DNA of 64,000 nt from Octopus vulgaris (taxonomy: Eukaryota). Below, piece after piece: positions 1 through 15,124 of this stretch. The stretch spans positions 24,366,001-24,430,000 of the forward strand of contig OX597827.1 in assembly GCA_951406725.2 (NCBI GenBank), written 5' to 3'. Below the pieces are notes generated by a model that had not been told where the DNA came from, ran no database searches, and saw only the letters and a program-made list of their open reading frames with translations. Numbering within the stretch: the stretch's first letter is position 1; each line of letters begins with the position of its first letter. The position numbers and the translations under genes were made by a program.

Positions 1-143
1 CTTTCTCTCACTCTTTCTTCTGTTGGCCTGCTCGCTTAGCCAGCAGGGTGGTGTCATTTGAAGGCTAAAACAATGCGAAGCGCATTGTAACCAGCAATGT
101 GTAGCAACATCTGATAGCCTGGTCAGTCACGGTGATCACTGTG

Positions 144-177
<34 letters not shown>

Positions 178-775
178 CATATCATGTGTGTGTGTGTCTG
201 TGTGTAAAGTGGTTGGCGTTAGGAAGGGCATCCAGCTGTAGAAACTAAACCAAATCAGATTGGAACCTGGAGCAGCTCTTCTGCTTGCCATCCCTGGTCA
301 AACCATCCAACCCATGCCAGCATGGACAATGCATGTTAAAGGATGATGATGATGATGATATACATGCATACATACACATAATAACCATAATAATAATAGT
401 CATTGCTTGGAACTGTAAGAGTTTTCTGCACAGTTTTCGAAGCATGACCAGTAAACAAGTGTCACCTTAGCCTGCTGGCTTTGGACAGCTGACACTTTCC
501 ATCATACCCAGCAAAATAAGCTGAGAGTTTTCATGCATTGGGATAGCACTTCACATCACCAACTGGTGGTTGTCACACACTGATGATGGGTCAACATTCA
601 GAACCCGGGTCCATGTGTATCACATCAGGCTGGAGATGGGAAGGATGACTTCCCTTTGCAAATACTGATAGGGCACAGAAAGTGTGTCAATAGCCAACTG
701 GAGGAGGTGTCCTCTTGGGGCTACAAGCTACAGTAGCATCAACCCTTAAGGGTTATCCACATTTAAGCGGAAAAT

Positions 776-776
776 A

Positions 777-838
<62 letters not shown>

Positions 839-862
839 TAATAATAATAATAATAATAATAA
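776..862. repeat. (CTA)n(ATA)n microsatellite
   Basis: Direct reading. Confidence 0.95.
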
Positions 863-1383
863 TTGATTTCTGATATATGCACAAGGCTATAATTTGGGGA
901 GAGGGTATATGGTGTGTTCCCAGAGCTTAAGTGGATTTTTTATGTTATTGCTGCTCTCCACCCCACAAAAATGAAAGTCAAAGGTAACTTCAGTGGGATT
1001 TATACTCAGGGTTCTAACTACTATAAGGTATTGTATCCAACACTTTATAAATGTTTAATATATATTTGATTATAACCTTTGCTGTATTTCATTTTTTAAT
1101 TTTCATTTTTTTTTGTAAAATCATTTACTATTTTTTAATAATTTATTAGAAATTTCCATTACTATTTTTAAAAATTATTTACTAACCATTTCTTTTACTG
1201 TTTATTAATTAGTTATTAACCATTTCCTATCCATTCACAAGAGGAAGTTCAAGAATGTTTTCTATGAATGCAGATATAAGTGCAGACATAGCTCTATACA
1301 GCTGCACCTATGTCTTTCAGTTTTCACCTACCTAGTCTGTGAGGGGACTTGATTGGTGAAAACTAAATTAAGCTTGTTGTATG

Positions 1384-1459
<76 letters not shown>

Positions 1460-2130
1460 CATACATGTGTGTGTGCATACATGTGTGTGTGCATACATGT
1501 GTGTGTGTGTGTACTTTTGTCACATGATGGTTGTGGGTGAGCATCATTATCACACAAACAATGTTATTTGTTTTCAGTCTTTCCTGTCTTGGTGTGGAAA
1601 ATGTTACCTTGCTTGGAAACAGGTGAGGATTGGTGGCAGAAAGGATATTGGGCTGTTGAAGATTTAGGGCTGGAGTTCCAGTGGTCACTTTAGGTCTCCA
1701 ATGGTTCTCATTTTCACATTATATTTGTTCATTTCCTCTCTCACTCTGAACATCAGAGACGTTAGATGTGCCTTTGCATCTATGAAACTCTAAGTAATGC
1801 ACAGCTGTGTCAACTTATAGGGAAATACATTTAACTTCTATAAATTCTGCAGAACACATTTTCCATTTGTTTAGACACCTGTCTGTGTGTGTATGTTATA
1901 TATATATAATTATAAATAAGTTTCATTGTAAATATTTACAGAGTCCTGGAAGTTATTTTGTTTCTGTCATAAAGTTCTTTGTAATAGACAGCTTGTGTTT
2001 TGTTCAACATTCTGAAAGATTTTTCTTCTGAATGAAAAAAGAAAAGGTCAATACAAATCTCAATGTCAGATAATTTTTTTTTTTCCATTAATTTTTACCA
2101 ATGTAAATAATTTATCTGCACACTCTCATT

Positions 2131-2430
2131 TAAGCAATATTCCACAGGCATCTAACTGATGTAAGCAACATATCACAGGCAACTAAATCTGATGGAAGCA
2201 ACATATTACAGGCAACTAACTGATGAAAGCAAAATATTACAAGCAACTAACATTGATGAAAGCAATATACTGAAAGCAACTGACTGTAATTTAAGCAATA
2301 TATCACAGGTGACTCACTCTGATAAAAGCAATATTTTACTGCCAAGTACCCTTGTCATTTAAGGGATGCATTACAGGCAACTGGGTGGCTAATGTATACT
2401 TGAATTCCTGGCAACTAACTTTAATTTCAG
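2131..2430. repeat. ~30-bp degenerate minisatellite
   Basis: About 8 copies of aagcaa(c/t)atat(c/t)acaggcaactaactgatg. Confidence 0.75.
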
Positions 2431-2458
2431 AAAATATTACAAGTATAGCTAGATCTTT

Positions 2459-2972
<514 letters not shown>

Positions 2973-2976
<4 letters not shown>

Positions 2977-3160
2977 AGAGTTTATGTAAAAAACAAAAGA
3001 CGAAGACAGGTGGTGTACAAAACAAACAGATGTATTAGTATAATGCTCAGGAATAGAAAAAGTCTTTTACGTTTCGAACCTACGCTCTTCTACAGAAGGT
3101 ACACAGAAAAAAAAACAAGGAGAGAAAAAAATGTGTGTAATGGCTAACGATCTATCATAT
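2973..3160 (-). mobile_element. Short Penelope-type repeat with variant hammerhead core
   Basis: Homologous to 29565-29750. Minus strand cctt-CTGTAGA-agagcgtaggttc-GAAA-cg-TA-aaag; embedded in (TA)n. Confidence 0.55.
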
Positions 3161-3451
3161 ATATGGCTAACAATCTATATATATATATGTTACTAAAATT
3201 TTGTCTTTATAGCTGTGTGATACCTGTTTAGCTGTATAATACCTATTGTTAATACTTACACTGCCTATTATTAATAATTCTTGAGGCTGAGGCTTCAAAT
3301 ACTATTTGTTTTGTATGGGAAGAAAATGGGAAATTTGAAAGTCTGTTCTTTATATTTGAACCATACGATTGTATGTAAACATTTGAATTACTTGATTATG
3401 GTTGTTTAGAATTGTTGACATTTAAATAACTCACATACTCCTTTACTTTAA

Positions 3452-3662
3452 CCCTTTAGCATTTAAACTGGCTGAAATATCTACCTGCTTTATTTTCAGA
3501 CTGGCTAGATTTGGCCTCTTACACCCTATCCTACAGTGTCATTCTAAGAAAAAACAGTCACCTCATCAAAATCTCGAAGCTATGAGATAACGCGTGATTA
3601 ATTCAAAAGTTGTGAATAAGTAAGCATAGCATTAAGTAGAGTAATCTCAATGCTAAAAGGCT
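3452..3662. mobile_element. piggyBac-type MITE (second family)
   Basis: TTAA-CCCTTTAGCATT...AATGCTAAAAGG; relatives at about 5625-5802, 27890-28108, 57345-57525 and 57915-58090. Confidence 0.7.
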
Positions 3663-3824
3663 GAATAAGCTGCAAAAGACCAAGAAATATTTCTCTTCTT
3701 CTGCATATTGATAAATATATATGTTAGTGAATAGACGTCTTAGATGCATACATTCAAGATACTCGTTCAAGATCTTGTTACTCTTTACAAATCTTTGCTG
3801 TGATTTAATTTAAGAATTTTCCAG

Positions 3825-3912
3825 TGAAATTTTATCAGTGAGCAGGTTGCAGAAGTATGCTGAAATTTTTAAAGAATTCATTGTTGGCAATACTTATGAG
3901 AAATCAACTAAA
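3825..3912 (+). CDS. Candidate exon of unidentified plus-strand gene
   Basis: aattttccag|...AAA|gtaagc; phase 2 to 0: EILSVSRLQKYAEIFKEFIVGNTYEKSTK. Confidence 0.3.
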
Positions 3913-4899
3913 GTAAGCGTAGGTGTTTGTCTGTTCTGAAATGGTTAAAGTGAGTTTTCTGTGATGTAAGATTTATAATTTATAATTAATAATTCCTCCT
4001 AATGAAACGGATCATTGGTATTAAACTTTTTATTGAACATGCAGTTATGTTTCCATCCAAAAATTAAAGTGCTGCATGGAGACAGAACTTATTCTTCATT
4101 TTGTAATTTTTGAGGTCAAACTTCAAATATGGGAATTCAGATTAACTTTTCTAATTTTGGGGTTTTTTCTTTTTTTTTTTTAGTATTAAATTTTAGAATT
4201 GTAAAATTAATGTATATATAAACAGAAATCCAGGGTTTACACTGGTTGAGGTGAAACTGGATTTAAAAAATAAAGAAAAGAATTAAATTCTAAAATTGAA
4301 ATTTTCTATACCTGAATTAAAATTTTATGAAAATTTTGAAATTAAAATTTTAATTGATAAAAATATATACCTTTTTATATTTTTGATTATCTTTTGTTTG
4401 AATTTGAATTTCAGTTTAAATCTTTAAATTGTTTCAGCTTCAAAGCTGCGGTCATGCTGGGGCACCACAGTTGATTTATCATTTATTATTTATTTGTTTT
4501 ATTGGTATTGGCTTAAATTAAAAAAAAAACATGCCAATTTTATGAATTTGGATTCCAGTATTAATAAAATTGATTAAACAAAGAATTCTATTCTTTGTTA
4601 GCACTTTGTTTTCTTAGGTTTTTTTTTAAGATGTTTTTATACGAAGTGAGTCGGATCCAAGACCATTATGTTTTATCCTGAATTTATGGTTTTTTAATAT
4701 TTCCTGAGTCTTGAAATTATCAGAATATCACTTGCTGCTGGAAACTGTTCTTTTAATATTTTTATTTTAAACAATAACGAGACTTTGGTATGACTAATAT
4801 AATTTTTTCCCCCCAAATATTTTTTTATTCAAAATAAAAAAAAAATTTCAAAATAATTGCTTGTTCTATAATTTATTTATTAGTGACTGTATGGTTAAA

Positions 4900-5288
4900 T
4901 CTTTATATATAAAGCTGAAGTTGTCTGTGTGTGGCAAGTTTGGTAGCCTTCAACTAACACTATCTTCTTCGAGACCCTGCACCACAAGTTAACCAAAATT
5001 GAGATTATGATAGAAGAAGGCTTGCTCTTCATTCCGTAGAAGAAAAAATTCAAATCGAACCATTTTAACACCAAAAATTATTTACATCAAAAAGGTGCTT
5101 TTTTTTATGAAAACCCCTATTTTTTACGACTTTTTGACTACTGTGTCGCCATTTTTCGATGTATTTCAACCAGAAAAATGTTCACTTAAAGAGAATAACA
5201 AGCTACATAATGCAAAAGTTTTACTTTTCAAAAATTCCAATTCTAATGGGTCGAAACAAACCCGAGCAACGCCAGGCGATACTGCTAG
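4900..5288 (+). mobile_element. Non-autonomous Helitron
   Basis: A|TC 5' end, GC-rich subterminal hairpin remnant (cccgagcaacgccaggc), CTAG|T 3' end, no TSD. Confidence 0.85.
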
Positions 5289-8261
5289 TGGACATTAAAG
5301 GATGATGGCTTTCATCATTGATATTGTTGTCAATGTGGAAAGTCGTATCAAGAGATGAAGGCCAGTAGAATCAGTGTTCCTGTGTGTCCTACTTGTCAGA
5401 TAAATCTACTTAGTCAAATACATTCCCTTCCACCAATCTCTTTTCAGGCAGACATTAAAAATGGGTCTCCGTTGGTGTTTTGGGTTGTATTCAGATGTTT
5501 GCTCAGTTGACCACCCATGCTTATTGGATTGGCATTTGAAGAGCTGAGTGTCATACCATGGATGTTTCTGTCTTTAATGTTTTTTCAGATAGAATCGGCA
5601 TGACACAATGTGACTAAATTGGATGGGCATTTAAACCAGCCATTTCCACCAAAATATTCTACTTGTTTTGTTTAAACTGGCCATATCTGGCCTTTCACAC
5701 CTACTTGACAATGTCATCCTAATTTTATTCAATTTTATTGCTTGTGATAAATAATTCGCAATTAATTACATTCAACGGAGTAATCTGAATGGTAACGGGT
5801 TAAATTACAACCACAGTGCATTAGGTGGGATTCTTTACAGTTTCCGTTCATCTAATTTCAACCTCAAACTTTGGACTGACCTGAGATTATGGTAAAAAAA
5901 GAGATGCCAACTGGGATTGATTCAGGGTTTCATAATTGCAAAGTGAATTTCTTTAACATGTTGCCATGCTCCAAGACTATATTAACTGATGTAGTCTTTC
6001 CTTCCCCATGATTTGTGCTGTCTTCACACCACAGCTAAACACTACACATCATGTTCTTGTTCTTCAGCTGCTTTGTATTTAAACCAAGGAAGCCTCTATG
6101 CCAGCAGCTCCTGATTTGCACTCCATGAACCCCTGAGGATTCACAGAGAAGGTATTAAGGGCTGCATAAGCTGATGTCTAACTCTTTAGCAGACAACCCG
6201 TTCAAAAGTTTGGGGGTCTATCGGCAAATTTAATTAAGTAAAAAGACTTCTTAGTTGTGAAAAGGTCAGAAACTGCTGTTGTGTGGTGACTCACCCTGTT
6301 GTAAGTAACAGTCAAATCACCCTCAAATCATGCCCTGCCATCTTAGAAAAAAAAGGGTAGGGGTTATATAAGATAAGATGCTTTTAGATCTGTGTCCTTG
6401 TGCTTCTCAAGAAGTTCTTGATGAGCTTTAGTTTGCTGATGGAAGATCTCAGAGCAATACATACATTTGGTAAAATATCATTTAATCTGCAGATTTATAT
6501 TGTATTTAAATGTTGGATGTGGTCCCATATTGTCACCAAAGTTTAATGCATGTCCTAGAATGCCTTGCTTTCTCTTGTATGGATACTGCAAGGTTGTTTG
6601 GGATTTGGCTAATAATTTCACATGTTCAAAATTGAGATCCTCTTCAGTCATCCCTTCAATGTTACCACAGAAGGCAAATCAATCTGTTAATTGTGATGGA
6701 AGCACCAAACACGTTTTGACAATCTGGTGTTTGAAAATGTTTTAGGCCTTTTCATTTCTTATTTCACAAAGAAGGTTATACAAATCCTGCTTTTATTTCA
6801 GTCAACAAATTTATGTGAAAAGGGCTTGTCTGGTGTAGCAAGTATAAAATAAAATTTAAAAATTGCTCTACAAGTGGAAGGTGATATGCAACTTGGACAA
6901 ACACTTGACCCAGAATTGAGAGCTTGTTAATAAAGAGGATTGGTACTATTATAACTTTTTATTGTACTTCTTTTACTCTTAATGAAATTATAAATATTAA
7001 TGTTTTAGCTTTTGAAAATTGTCAGAAGCCATTTAGAAAAAAGAAGTTTTATATGGCTACAAGTTCTATTTTATATTCTTATGTGCCATCTAACTGGATC
7101 CCATGCCAGTGACACATAAATAGCTCCATTCAAGCTTCGTCATTGCCAGTGCTGGCTGACTGGCCCCCATGCTGGTGGCATGTAAAAAGCACCCACTACA
7201 CTCTCAAAGTGGTTGGCATTAGGAAGGGCATCCAGCTGTAGAAACTCTGCCAGATCAGATTGGAGCCTAGTGCAGCCTTCCTGGCTTGCCAGCCCTCAGT
7301 CACACTGTCCAACCCATGCCAACATGCAAAGCAGACATTAAATAACAATGATGGTGATGATGATGATTAATAAATTTCAAACTAGTGGTTGTTGGGTAGC
7401 ATGCTAAGCACAATGCTTAGCACCATTTTGTCCTTCTTCACATTCTGAACTCAAATTCTGCCAAGGTTATCTTTCCCTTTCATCCTTTTGGGTTCGATAA
7501 AATAAGTACCTGTTATGCACTGAGGTCAATGTAATTGACTTAACCTCTTACCTGAATTTTGCTGGCCTTGTATTGAAATTTAAAACCAATATTTAGTGGG
7601 TGGGGATGTGGCTGGTTTTGATAATTGTAGAACTACTGGGCTAGAATATTCAAAAATGTTAAGTGCCTTTTAATTGGTCATTTGGTTTGTGATGTAATGG
7701 GTTCGGTCAGACCTTGCCAACTTGAATTACATTGCAGGCAGAAAGTTTTTTGAGGGCCTCTTGTATACTGACAGAATTGAAAGCATTTTGCTTTCTCCTG
7801 CTATTATTACAATAATAAATGAACGATCGTTGGTTCAACATGAAATATCATCATTACAAAAACAGCAGCCCCCCCTTTTTTTTTTTTTTTTTTACTTTTC
7901 ATTACAATCTTTAATTTCTCAAAATTTTTAAGCTGTTTGTTTAAATAAACCCATTTCATGAAAGTATCAAGCAAGCTGCAATATAAAAGTCTGTGGCCCA
8001 TGGGCCTCAGGTTGGCCAGCCTTGGGTTAGATAGTTGGTCACATGGTTAGTATTGATGACAATTATTCATATTGAGGAATGGCATCGGAGCGGTTGGGTT
8101 TAGAATTACTGTCACTGGCAGTTGTTTTGGTGATTTTTATGACAGCTATCATGAAACTGCTCTGCTTTAGGCAAAAGAAAAAGATAAAAAATGACTGAGT
8201 GTTGTCAGAAACAGTCTTTGTTTTGACAGAAAATAGTTTTGCTTTATTTCAGATTCTTTAA

Positions 8262-8483
8262 GCTTTTTGTTGCCAACCTGGCTGAAACCACCTCTGGCTC
8301 TGTAGTACAAATGGCTTGTTTTCATAAGTTTTGAATTAAAATCTTCCACTAAACCATAGTCACACTTCATGTTCTTAACATTAGCTGAATGATAATGAAG
8401 TTATTTTACTAAATTCTTTGTTATATTTAAAATTAATTGAAAGAAACACAGAGCATCTCAACAGAAACATGGTAACAAAAGGG
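8262..8483. mobile_element. piggyBac-type MITE, adjacent copy
   Basis: Diverged direct copy of 8515-8736, TTAA-flanked. Confidence 0.8.
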
Positions 8484-8514
8484 TTAAAATATATAATAGA
8501 GAAACAATTCTTAA

Positions 8515-8736
8515 CCCTTTCGATACCAACCCAGCTGAAACCACCTCTGGCTCTGTAGTACAAATGTCTTGTTTTCAAAAGATTTGAATCAAAATCTTCC
8601 ACCAAACTTTAGTCACAATTTATGTTCATAACACTAGCTTAATGATAATTAAGTTATTTTACTAAATTCTTTGTTATATTTAAAATTAATTGAAAGAAAC
8701 ACAAAGCATCTCAACAGAAATATGGTAACAAAAGGG
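8515..8736. mobile_element. piggyBac-type MITE
   Basis: TTAA-CCCTTT...AAAGGG-TTAA. Confidence 0.85.
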
Positions 8737-8939
8737 TTAATCACATGCTTAGTAGTGTTGGCAAGGCATCAACTCTTTTTGCTGGGTATCAATTTTATTT
8801 ATTTTTGTACAAAGTGTTAGTTTTTTTTTTTTTTAATCTTTAGTTTGATATTCTTCAACATTGGTCTGGATGGTAGAGATCACGACTGACCAACTGACCC
8901 ATAATGTTAGCTATTAGTGTATTGATTTAATTCTTTTGT

Positions 8940-9075
8940 AGGCCTTGGGTCACTTGCTCCTTCTGACCACCCCTTCTTATTGGGTTTTCTAATTTTCACT
9001 TCTAACGAGGTTACCTAGATAACAAATGCTATCTACTTCTAGAATTGCTGTGCCCGTTTTTATCCTGTGTTTGTT
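8940..9075 (-). mobile_element. RTE-like LINE fragment
   Basis: LEVDSICYLG motif in the 8989..9198 ORF. Confidence 0.45.
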
Positions 9076-10034
9076 TATGCCATGTAACAAATACCAATAA
9101 AAGCAATAAAACACAAAGGACCTGCAATGACAAAGATGATATGTTGGGACCTGGACTCTTATATTGGTGAGAGACAGAGAGGTGCTAGTACTGGACAAAA
9201 TGTCTTCTTGTTTTTACTCATTTCCCTTTATGCACTGAAACCTTGGATTCTGTCCCTCTCAGTTTGATAGAATGATGTATCAGTCAAGTAGTGACTTTTC
9301 AATGAAAGAGCTTCTTTTGTGAAGGGCAAACCCCTGAGAATGCTGTTGACTTGGTAAACTTTCCCCCCACGATACAAGTTCCATCCTAACAGACCTAGTT
9401 CCTGGTTATTTGTAGCTTCTTTAAAACCATAAATATCGATAGCTTATAAAGCCTTACCTCTAATTTTCACCATCACCTCTGATCACTATAAATACCCGAA
9501 CTGCTACTCTTAATCACGAACAACCTGTCTCAAGAGCACAGATTCTATATCATCATCATCATTATTTACTGTCCACCTTCCATGCTGGCATGGGTTGGGT
9601 GGTTTGACAGGAGCTGGCAAGGATGGAGAGCCACACCAGTTTCCATTGTCAGCTTTTGCACGTTTTCCATGGCTGGATGCCCTTCTTAATACCAACCCCT
9701 TTACAGAGTGTACTGGGTGCTTTTTGCATGTCCCCAGTACTGACAGGGTCAGCGAGTAGCTTGCAAGACAAAAATCCCTTCAGATGGAAGTAATTATGAG
9801 GGTGGTGGTGGTGGTGGTGGCTTTGTGCAGGATGATGTAAGATTAGGGTTATGGAGAGGGGGGAGAAGCAAATTAAATCTTGTGATAAAGACAGGATATT
9901 TGGAAGTGAAACTTGAATTTATGTTGGATATACATCCTTTGTGAATAAATAATCTTGATATCAACTCTTTCAGATATCTTGTCATGGCTGGAGTCGTGTT
10001 TGCTTGACTTTGTGTTATATTGTTGTAACAATAC

Positions 10035-10400
10035 CATCAAAATCAAAATCAAATGGAAATTATAGTTGTGATCCCCATGTTGGTGGCACGTAAAAAGCAC
10101 CATCCGAACATGGCCTATGTCAGCGTTGCCTTGACTGGCTTCTGTGCTGGTGACATGTAAGAAGCACCAACTGATCGTGGTCATTGCCAGCCTGCTCTGG
10201 CCCCTGTGCCAGTGGCATGTAAAAAGCACCCACTACACTCTTGGAGTGGTTGGCGTTTAGGAAGGGCATCCAGCTGTAGAAACACTGCCAGATCAGACTG
10301 GAGCCTGGTGCAGCCGCCTGGCTTCCCAGACCCCAGTTGAACCGTCCAACCCGTGCCAGCATGGAAAATGGACGTTAAACGATGATAATGATGAATACCA
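10035..10400 (+). mobile_element. SINE family B ((GAT)n tail, RTE-like 3' end)
   Basis: aaaagcacccactacactc..gtggttggcgttaggaagggcatccagctgtagaaac..ccaacccatgccagcatgga..(GAT)n. Other plus copies at about 205-360, 7100-7370, 23875-24065, 26800-26975, 28615-28895, 32020-32190, 33712-33880, 47893-48046, 56633-56780 and 59270-59630. Confidence 0.85.
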
Positions 10401-10821
10401 GCATGGAAATGGAAAACTGATGTGGAATCATAATGATGAAGATGGTGATGATGATGATGATCTGACACTACACAAAGGGCAATAACTCTGGTGTGTAACA
10501 GAGAAATGGTAATACCTGTTTCTGTAAACACTAATTGGCAATAGGGTGAGACAACATTGAGAGTAACCACATTTTCAATCCTCCTTATTTAGTACTTGAT
10601 TAAGAGTTTTGTTAGGGAAAATTTAGTTTTATCCTTAGAATTACTTTGCAGCAAAATTAAACATATTTTCTTTATAAGGAGTAAATATAAATACCAGCTG
10701 CAAAAACACGGCAATTGAAATGCAAGTCGTAATAACATTTTGTACGATACTTGTCAGCGATACCTTATCTAAAAGCATTTTGTGAGAGGCTGAAAAGTAT
10801 TTTCCACGAAAATAGAAAATA

Positions 10822-11230
10822 TCATCATCATCATCATCATTGTTTAATGTCCACTTTCAATGCTGGCATGGGTTGGACGATTTAACTGAGGACTGGCGAA
10901 TCAGGCTCCAATCTTGATCTGGCAGAGTTTCTACAGCAGGATGCCTTTCCTAAATGCCAACCACTCCAAGAGTGTAGTGAGAGCTCAAATTTTTTTTTTT
11001 ACATGCCACCTGCACAGGAGCCAGTCCAGTGGCACTGGCAACGACCCCACTCAAATGTTTTTTTCACGTGCCAGTAAGGCGATGCTGGTAACGATCACAC
11101 TTGACTGGTGCTTTTTACGTGCCACTGGTTTGGAAGCCAATTAGCAGCTCTGGAAACGATCAAGCTTGGATGGTGCTCTTAGCGCTCCACTAGCACGGAT
11201 GCCAGTCAATGAATTTGATTTTGATTTCAC
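10822..11230 (-). mobile_element. SINE family B
   Basis: Reverse copy. Other minus copies at about 9550-9780, 36188-36503, 39025-39170, 46070-46290, 51497-51690, 58140-58530 and 61475-61750. Confidence 0.85.
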
Positions 11231-11314
11231 TTGCAGAGTTTAGTGTCCAATGAAGGAAAGGTACGCATAAGTGGGCTGGTTACACCCCTGGCATAGGCCA
11301 CAAGGTTATGGTCT

Positions 11315-11406
11315 CATTCTTTGTAAGCCTAGTACTTATTCTATCGGTCTCTTTTGCCAAACCACTAAGTTACGGGGACATAAACAGACACACAAACATA
11401 TACATG

Positions 11407-11460
<54 letters not shown>

Positions 11461-11630
11461 TTTATATATATATACGACGGGCTTTTTTCAGTTTCCGTCT
11501 ACCAAATTCACTCCCAAGGTTTTGGTTGGCCTGAGGCTACAGTAGAAGACACTTGCCCAAGGTGCCATACAGTGGGACTGAACCCAGAACCATGTGGTTG
11601 GTAAGCAAGCTACTTATTACACAGCCACTT
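11315..11630 (-). mobile_element. SINE family A
   Basis: Reverse complement of the family A consensus, 3'-truncated. Confidence 0.85.
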
Positions 11631-11639
11631 GGGTGCCAA

Positions 11640-13194
11640 AACACATTTCATGTATAAAATTGTTTTCAAAGCAAGAGGTTTGGCTATGAGTTCAATGGTT
11701 GTAAAATAAACTAGACAAATGGGTTTTGTGTTAATTTGAATTCTTTGTAATATACGAATTGGTGGTTGGGGGAATATCAAATGCTTTTTAAAACTTCATG
11801 GGAAAAAATCCCGACAAAATCAAACCACAGCTATATCTTTCTTTTTCTTGTTCGTTTCTGAAGGAGGTGAACAACAAACATAGTTACATCAATAAACAAC
11901 TCTAACTAGATTTGTTTCTATAAATAATCCATTAATGGATTCCAAAGTTTATTATTTTAATAGGTTATAAAAAAGGAACAATTCACCATTCAATTATCCA
12001 ACAATATATTCTTTATGTAACACAAACAGGAAAATTTTTGGACCAATCAACGTTTACAGTAAAATATGGCCAACACATCTTCTCAAAGGAAAAACCCAAA
12101 TTACACTTTTAATGAAGATGACTACATAATTTAGAGGTTTTATTTATTTATTTGTTCATCTATCTTTGTAGTAATTACCCATCATCCTTCATTAAATTTA
12201 AATATTTTTTTATATTTCCTATAATTACTCTGTTTAGGTTAAAAAAAACCTAACCGTTTTGATAATAATCTGAGACTTTGCAGTAAAATTCAACTTACAG
12301 TCTCAATTTACAAATTAACAGTTGAATGGTAAAAAAATAATTAACAAATAACTTCAGAAATGCCATCCATTTTCATGAATACTTAAACAATAATGAAATT
12401 GTTTCTTATTTTTTTCCTTAGAAAAATTTGCAAAAATTCAGTCTTTAAAGTTTTTTTTAATAAAATTTGTCCATTGAACAAAGTAACCAAAGATACTTCC
12501 AATCAGATCAATGCTTTGTGATTTTATTTTAATTTAATTTTTTTTTTTAGAATTTTTAAACCGATCAATGAATTTTCCAGACTAAAATTTAAATGTAAAT
12601 TTTAAAGTTTAGCTGCAATTAAACTGAAATAAATAGAAATAAATATATGTTGTTATTTTCTTTTTGCGTATTGTTATTTTTTTTCAACATAGTTTCCCCA
12701 AATTTTCCATGCATTTACGTAAATAAATATATATTTTGTGTGTTACTTATACGAAGTATTAGTATATATTTGAACACATCTCTGCAAATACACGTGAATG
12801 TATATTCATTGATATGCATACAAACAGCACTTAGTCTTCAATCTTAAGCCTTCAATCTTAAGTCTTCAATCTTAAGTCTTCAATAATACCAATGAATTAT
12901 ACAAACCGATAATTAATAACGCATGTAAATTTTGTCACTTTAAACTCTTCAGTTTGACCAAATAAATACAGATCACTTCTCTTAGTAAACTCTCTTTCAG
13001 TGAAAATAAATATATCTTTTAACAAATTTCATTTTTCTGGACACCTTTGAGGTCATGGTTCGTTATTTTCTCCAATGCTGTGAAGTCACTTCCTCGAGGC
13101 AGTTAGTTGAGGCGAGCTGTTTGGTCACAGCACTGCTGTCTCTTCAATGACTGTGTGGAAACAATGAAAATGGTAAGAACTTTTGTGGATTTTT
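11640..13194 (-). other. Probable 3' UTR of TIR-SAM gene
   Basis: Transposon-free AT-rich stretch downstream of the stop, with several minus-strand AATAAA hexamers (near 12525, 12140, 11950). True end unknown. Confidence 0.45.
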
Positions 13195-13293
13195 CTATTT
13201 TTTTATTGATGCCAAAGCTGCCGTAAATCGAAGGGTATCCACCAAAGACATGTTCATTTTCTTCTCCATGCATTGATAAAAATATTCAGGAGC
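13195..13293 (-). CDS. Terminal coding exon E of TIR-SAM gene
   Basis: Acceptor tttttgtgttttgcag, phase 0, APEYFYQCMEKKMNMSLVDTLRFTAALASIKK then TAG. Phase matches exon D, and the sequence fits the helical end of a SAM-like domain. Confidence 0.88.
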   Translation of the reverse strand, partial: APEYFYQCMEKKMNMSLVDTLRFTAALASIKK

Positions 13294-13344
13294 CTGCAAA
13301 ACACAAAAATGAATTTACAAAAGATTGTTTATAAAATCTACACA

Positions 13345-13780
<436 letters not shown>

Positions 13781-14665
13781 AATTTGACATGGGCGATTCT
13801 TTTTTGTCTAAGGATTCGCAGTCAAACGGCTGGGTGAAACTGCACGAAAAATTACACAGATGTGTTGAATGATCCAGTGGTGTTGCTGGGCTTTGTATTT
13901 TTTCATAGCTCCCATAGTTACTGAGATAATCTACTATAATAATACTCTTGTGTTTATGAGCGAGAAAGGAAGGGGTGATAGATGAATAAGGAAGGAAGAG
14001 GTGATGTCATACTTGGTAGTGGGATGATGAAAATTGTACGCTGAAAAAATAAATCAAACAGTGTTTCAACTCTGTGTGTATGTAAAAGTGGTGAATGTGA
14101 ATGTGTGTATATGTGTGTGTGTGCATGTGTGTGATGTGTTTGTGTGTGTGTGCACGTGCAATGGAAGTTGGATGGTTCATCTTTGTTTGCTTAGTATTTG
14201 GGTTTATTTTTGATTTGGTTGAATCTTGGTTTTTTTTTTTTCGCTGGTCAATTATTTTTAGCATTTTGATAGAACAAAGTCATTCTAAAATTGTTTGTTA
14301 ATGTAAGCATGCCCAAACAAGTCGAATCCTTATACAGAGCAGGTTTTGTGTGAAACTGGGCTTAGCTGCTGGTGGATTAATAAAATTTCATGAGAAAAAC
14401 ACAACTCTGTCATTGATTTTTCACTTCTGATTGAATTCAAGTGAGTAAATAATTATATCATATTAAACAATTAAACAACTAGTTTTGTCCCAATAATCCA
14501 TTAATGGATTCCAAAGTTTTTTTATCTTAACAAGTCATTAAGTGCAGGCATAGTTGCATGGTTAAGACGTTCATTTCCTAATCACATGATTTTGTGGTGA
14601 AGGACCTTAAGCAAGTATTTTCTACTATAGATCCAGAGCCTTGTGAGTGGATCTGAAAGAAATCC

Positions 14666-14821
14666 GAGTGGCTGTGTGGTAAGTAGCTTGGTTACCAACC
14701 ACATGGTTCTGGGTTCAGTCCCACTGCGTGGCACCTTGGGCAAGTGTCTTCTACTATATTCATGGGCCGACCAAAGGCTTGTGAATGGATTTGGTAGACG
14801 GAAACTGAAAGAAGCCTATCG

Positions 14822-14871
<50 letters not shown>

Positions 14872-15110
14872 TATATATATATACATACATACATATATGT
14901 TTGTGTGTCTGTGTTTGTCCCCCCAAAATCGCTTGACAACCCATGCTGGCTTGTTTATGCCCCCTGTAACTTAGCAGTTCAGCAAAAGAGACCAATAGAA
15001 TAAGTACTAGGCTTACAAAGTATAAGTCCTGGGGTCGATTTGCTTGACTAAAGGTCGTACTCCAGCATGGTCACAGTCAAATGACTGAAACAAATAAATA
15101 AAAGAATATA
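14666..15110 (+). mobile_element. SINE family A
   Basis: Full-length match; an older partial copy lies at 14545-14660. Confidence 0.9.
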
Positions 15111-15124
15111 TATATATATATATA

